Position numbers and translations under genes: made by a program. Below, one piece after another: positions 61,248 to 64,000 of a DNA stretch of 64,000 bases (positions are counted from its first letter, which is position 1; each line of letters begins with the position of its first letter). Under the pieces are notes generated by a model. It searched no databases. It was not told the DNA's origin and saw only the letters and a program-made list of their open reading frames with translations. This DNA comes from Bacteroidota bacterium (GTDB lineage Bacteria; Bacteroidota; Bacteroidia; NS11-12g; UBA9320), in the NCBI GenBank assembly GCA_016124755.1, contig WGNA01000011.1:246688-310687 (forward strand). The letters run 5' to 3'.

Positions 61248-62501
61248 TTGCGAAGCGCGACGCGAATTTTAATCAGATACAACATGCAGAATTGGGTTAA
61301 AGCCAGTCGGATTTTTCTGGCAATAATGTTCATCTTTTCAGCGGTCAGTAAAATGCTGTCGCTTCCTTTTTTCGATGGTTTGGTGGCGGAGTTAATTCTC
61401 GGTCCGGATTACTACAACAATCCCGAACCGCTTTTGTACACTCAGATGCTCACCCGTTTTCTCATTGGTGCAGAATTAATTTTGGGCGTTGCGATTCTTC
61501 TCGAATTTCAAATTAAACGATTGGTAATTCCCGGAATTCTGGCCATGCTTTTAATCTTTACCATTCATCTTTTTTATGTTGGATTTACCAGTTCCAAAGG
61601 ATTTATCGAAGGCAATTGCGGATGTTTCGGCGACATTCTTCCGATGAATAATCTCGAGAGCATTATTAAAAATGTGGTCGCCATAATTGCCGGTGTTTTT
61701 GTTTGGATGAAATACAATCCGAGTGAACAAAAAGCATTTCCGGTGTGGACGACTCCATTGGTTTTAGGTTTAATAACTTTTGCAACACTGGGCGCTACCA
61801 TTAAAGATTACGGTACGCCAATCGAAATGCCAACCGAACCTGAATTTGAAGAAGAAATCAGTTCCGACACCAATAATTCTTCAGGTATTGATACCATCCA
61901 AAATGCAATTTCCGAAGAAGGAAAAATAGATGATAAAACAGAAAAGAGCGATCCTAAATATCCGGATAAAACCACGGAGACATCCACTTCTACAAAAACC
62001 GATAACAGCACACCTGTGAATAAAACCATTCAGATGCTGAATAAAATTCCGGCTCTTTCAGACGGAAGCAAGCTCAATGCTTCGAGCGGAAAAGTGTTGG
62101 TGTGTATGTTCAGCATGACGTGCAGCCATTGTCAGGAAATCTATCGCGACATGTGCAAAACGAATGGCGATGCGGGTTGGCCGAAAACGGTATTAATTAA
62201 TTTCGGAAAAGACTTCGAGCAGAAATATTTTTTCACGCAGGCCGGAGGTTGCGAAAAACCACATTACCGCACCGAAGATTATGTTCAATTCAACAAATGG
62301 CTCGAAGGCGAAGGTTTCCCGAGAATTCTCGCCATTGAAAACGGAGTAATCAAAAAATCGTGGAACCTCGACAGCTACACAAAAGAAGACTTCTTCAATT
62401 TCTACGGCATCAAAGAAAAGAAAACCGAAGACGGCGGAATTAAATTACAAAAACCCAACAACGACGGCGACGGATTGCAGGGTAAAAATCCGTGGGACTA
62501 G
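61248..62501 (+). CDS. Membrane protein with a 4-TM DoxX/MauE-like N-terminus, a Thr/acidic linker and a C-terminal thioredoxin-like domain (CSHC).
   Basis: Hydrophobic N-terminal 170 aa. Low-complexity linker TETSTSTKTDNSTP. CxxC motif VCMFSMTCSHCQE. Confidence 0.45.
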   Translation: MRSATRILIRYNMQNWVKASRIFLAIMFIFSAVSKMLSLPFFDGLVAELILGPDYYNNPEPLLYTQMLTRFLIGAELILGVAILLEFQIKRLVIPGILAMLLIFTIHLFYVGFTSSKGFIEGNCGCFGDILPMNNLESIIKNVVAIIAGVFVWMKYNPSEQKAFPVWTTPLVLGLITFATLGATIKDYGTPIEMPTEPEFEEEISSDTNNSSGIDTIQNAISEEGKIDDKTEKSDPKYPDKTTETSTSTKTDNSTPVNKTIQMLNKIPALSDGSKLNASSGKVLVCMFSMTCSHCQEIYRDMCKTNGDAGWPKTVLINFGKDFEQKYFFTQAGGCEKPHYRTEDYVQFNKWLEGEGFPRILAIENGVIKKSWNLDSYTKEDFFNFYGIKEKKTEDGGIKLQKPNNDGDGLQGKNPWD

Positions 62502-62891
62502 AAGAGAATTGAAGAATTAAGGAATGAAAAGAATTAAAGAATGAAAGGGAATGAGGTGGGAGATGGGTTTTGAAAATTTTAATTATTCCTCGGCTTTTGT
62601 TCTTCCATTAATTAGTTAAACGCGAAACTCAGATTTTGCAAACGGGCCATGTTGCGCATTAGCATTAACAAATAATAAGAGCGGTTTTCTTTTTAATTCT
62701 TTTAGTTTTCCTAATTTCTGGTAATAGATTCGAATCCATTAAGGGATTGAAGATTTAGTTACAGAACCAAAGCAGAGATAGAAGAGATGGGGACAGCGTT
62801 ACAATCTGCCCAATTAATTTGCTCGGTGCAAACAATATTCAAGACCTGAAATACCAGAAGTTAAACTGTAAGATTAAAACTAAAACACATA

Positions 62892-64000
62892 ATGACGAGC
62901 TTAGCGCAAAGACAAGAACTGCAAAATAAAATATGGAAAATCGCTAACGATGTTCGCGGTTCTGTTGATGGTTGGGATTTTAAACAGTTCGTGTTAGGAA
63001 CACTTTTCTACCGTTTTATCAGTGAGAATTTTACCCATTACATTGAAGGTGGAGATGAGAGCGTGAACTATCCGAGTCTATCAGATGACGTAATTACACC
63101 AGAAATAAAAGACGATGCGATAAAAACCAAAGGCTACTTTATTTCCCCAAGCCAATTGTTTGTGAATGTTGCTAAAAATGCCAACACCAACCCAAATCTC
63201 AATACCGACTTAAAAGCCATTTTCGACTCAATTGAAAGTTCGGCCAACGGTTATCCATCGGAGCAAGACATAAAAGGATTGTTTGCCGATTTCGACACCA
63301 CCAGTTCGAGACTTGGGAATACAGTAGAAAATAAAAACAGGCGATTAGCTGCTGTTTTGAAAGGCGTGGAAGAACTTAATTTCCGAAGTTTTGAAGAAAG
63401 CGAAATTGAACTCTTTGGTGATGCCTATGAATTTCTGATTGGTAATTATGCTGCCAATGCCGGAAAATCGGGAGGCGAATTCTTTACGCCAGTGCACGTT
63501 TCAAAACTCATTGCACAATTGGCCATGCATGGGCAAACAACCGTAAACAAAATTTACGATCCGGCGGCCGGTTCCGGTTCCTTGCTTTTACAAGCCAAAA
63601 AACACTTCGACGACCACATTATTCAGGAAGGATTCTTCGGACAGGAAGTAAACCACACCACGTACAACCTGGCTCGCATGAACATGTTTTTGCACAACAT
63701 TAATTACGACAAGTTTCATATTGTACTGGGTGACACCTTGCGGGAACCACAATTGGGGAATGAAAAGCCATTTGACGCCATCGTATCTAATCCGCCTTAT
63801 TCGGTAAAATGGATTGGCGACGATGATCCCACCTTAATCAATGACGACCGATTTGCACCTGCCGGTGTTTTAGCTCCCAAGTCTAAAGCCGATTTTGCCT
63901 TTGTACTGCACGCACTTAGTTATCTTTCCGGTACAGGACGAGCCGCCATTGTCTGTTTCCCCGGCATATTTTACCGGGGTGGTGCGGAGCAGAAAATCCG
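62892..64000 (+). CDS. hsdM: Type I restriction-modification system methyltransferase subunit HsdM, 5' partial; 3' end lies beyond the window.
   Basis: Hand translation gives [47 protein letters not shown]...[12 protein letters not shown]...IVSNPPYS. It is missing from the ORF track because no stop codon falls inside the window. Confidence 0.85.
   Translation, partial: MTSLAQRQELQNKIWKIANDVRGSVDGWDFKQFVLGTLFYRFISENFTHYIEGGDESVNYPSLSDDVITPEIKDDAIKTKGYFISPSQLFVNVAKNANTNPNLNTDLKAIFDSIESSANGYPSEQDIKGLFADFDTTSSRLGNTVENKNRRLAAVLKGVEELNFRSFEESEIELFGDAYEFLIGNYAANAGKSGGEFFTPVHVSKLIAQLAMHGQTTVNKIYDPAAGSGSLLLQAKKHFDDHIIQEGFFGQEVNHTTYNLARMNMFLHNINYDKFHIVLGDTLREPQLGNEKPFDAIVSNPPYSVKWIGDDDPTLINDDRFAPAGVLAPKSKADFAFVLHALSYLSGTGRAAIVCFPGIFYRGGAEQKI

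Noticed and set aside
62502-62600. GAA-rich purine tract as a repeat element
   Set aside because: Low-complexity A/G-rich sequence without periodic unit structure. It is probably just AT-rich promoter DNA upstream of hsdM.

Overview
The window looks like a Bacteroidota chromosome segment of roughly 40% GC. Three secreted proteins end in T9SS (type IX secretion) C-terminal sorting domains, and the gene order matches the phylum: rpsU-xerC/D-hpf, four tRNAs, tuf, tRNA-Trp, secE-nusG-rplK-rplA-rplJ-rplL-rpoB-rpoC.

Core and housekeeping genes: rsmA/ksgA, mgtE, meaB, acylphosphatase, lipB-lnt-rsmI, an acyl-CoA dehydrogenase, a GT2 polyprenyl-phosphate glycosyltransferase, and a large block of translation/transcription genes.

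Accessory content:
- Two class-C beta-lactamase-like serine hydrolase paralogs flanking a small outer-membrane (OM) barrel protein.
- A MORN-repeat protein next to a NERD-domain protein.
- An arsR / Cys-rich protein / arsC cluster without an arsenite pump.
- Two tandem thioredoxin-like (CxxC) lipoprotein paralogs, plus two more thioredoxin-fold proteins elsewhere.
- A three-gene operon whose last protein ends in a (GCGG)n Gly/Cys tail.
- A cupin-methyltransferase fusion.
- A DUF1800/DUF1501 pair in which the DUF1501 protein carries a T9SS tail.
- A 5'-partial type I R-M hsdM gene (3' end beyond the window) at the 3' edge, absent from the ORF track.

Non-coding structure that the ORF track does not explain:
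1. A composite repeat element of about 185 bp, built from (GTAACN)n hexamers, a purine-rich tract and ATTCYGAGC...AGAAT hairpins. It is present in three copies. Two of them form a roughly 390-bp palindrome at the meaB 3' end.
2. An array of about ten units, each roughly 50 bp with a GC-clamped tetraloop hairpin, filling the convergent intergenic region after the NERD gene.
3. A roughly 115-bp conserved element found twice, 57.7 kb apart, upstream of two unrelated genes.
4. A duplicated perfect 16-bp palindrome in a 700-bp ORF-free region.
5. A C9 homopolymer inside a CDS.

All functional calls rest on motif recognition by eye. Nothing was searched against a database.
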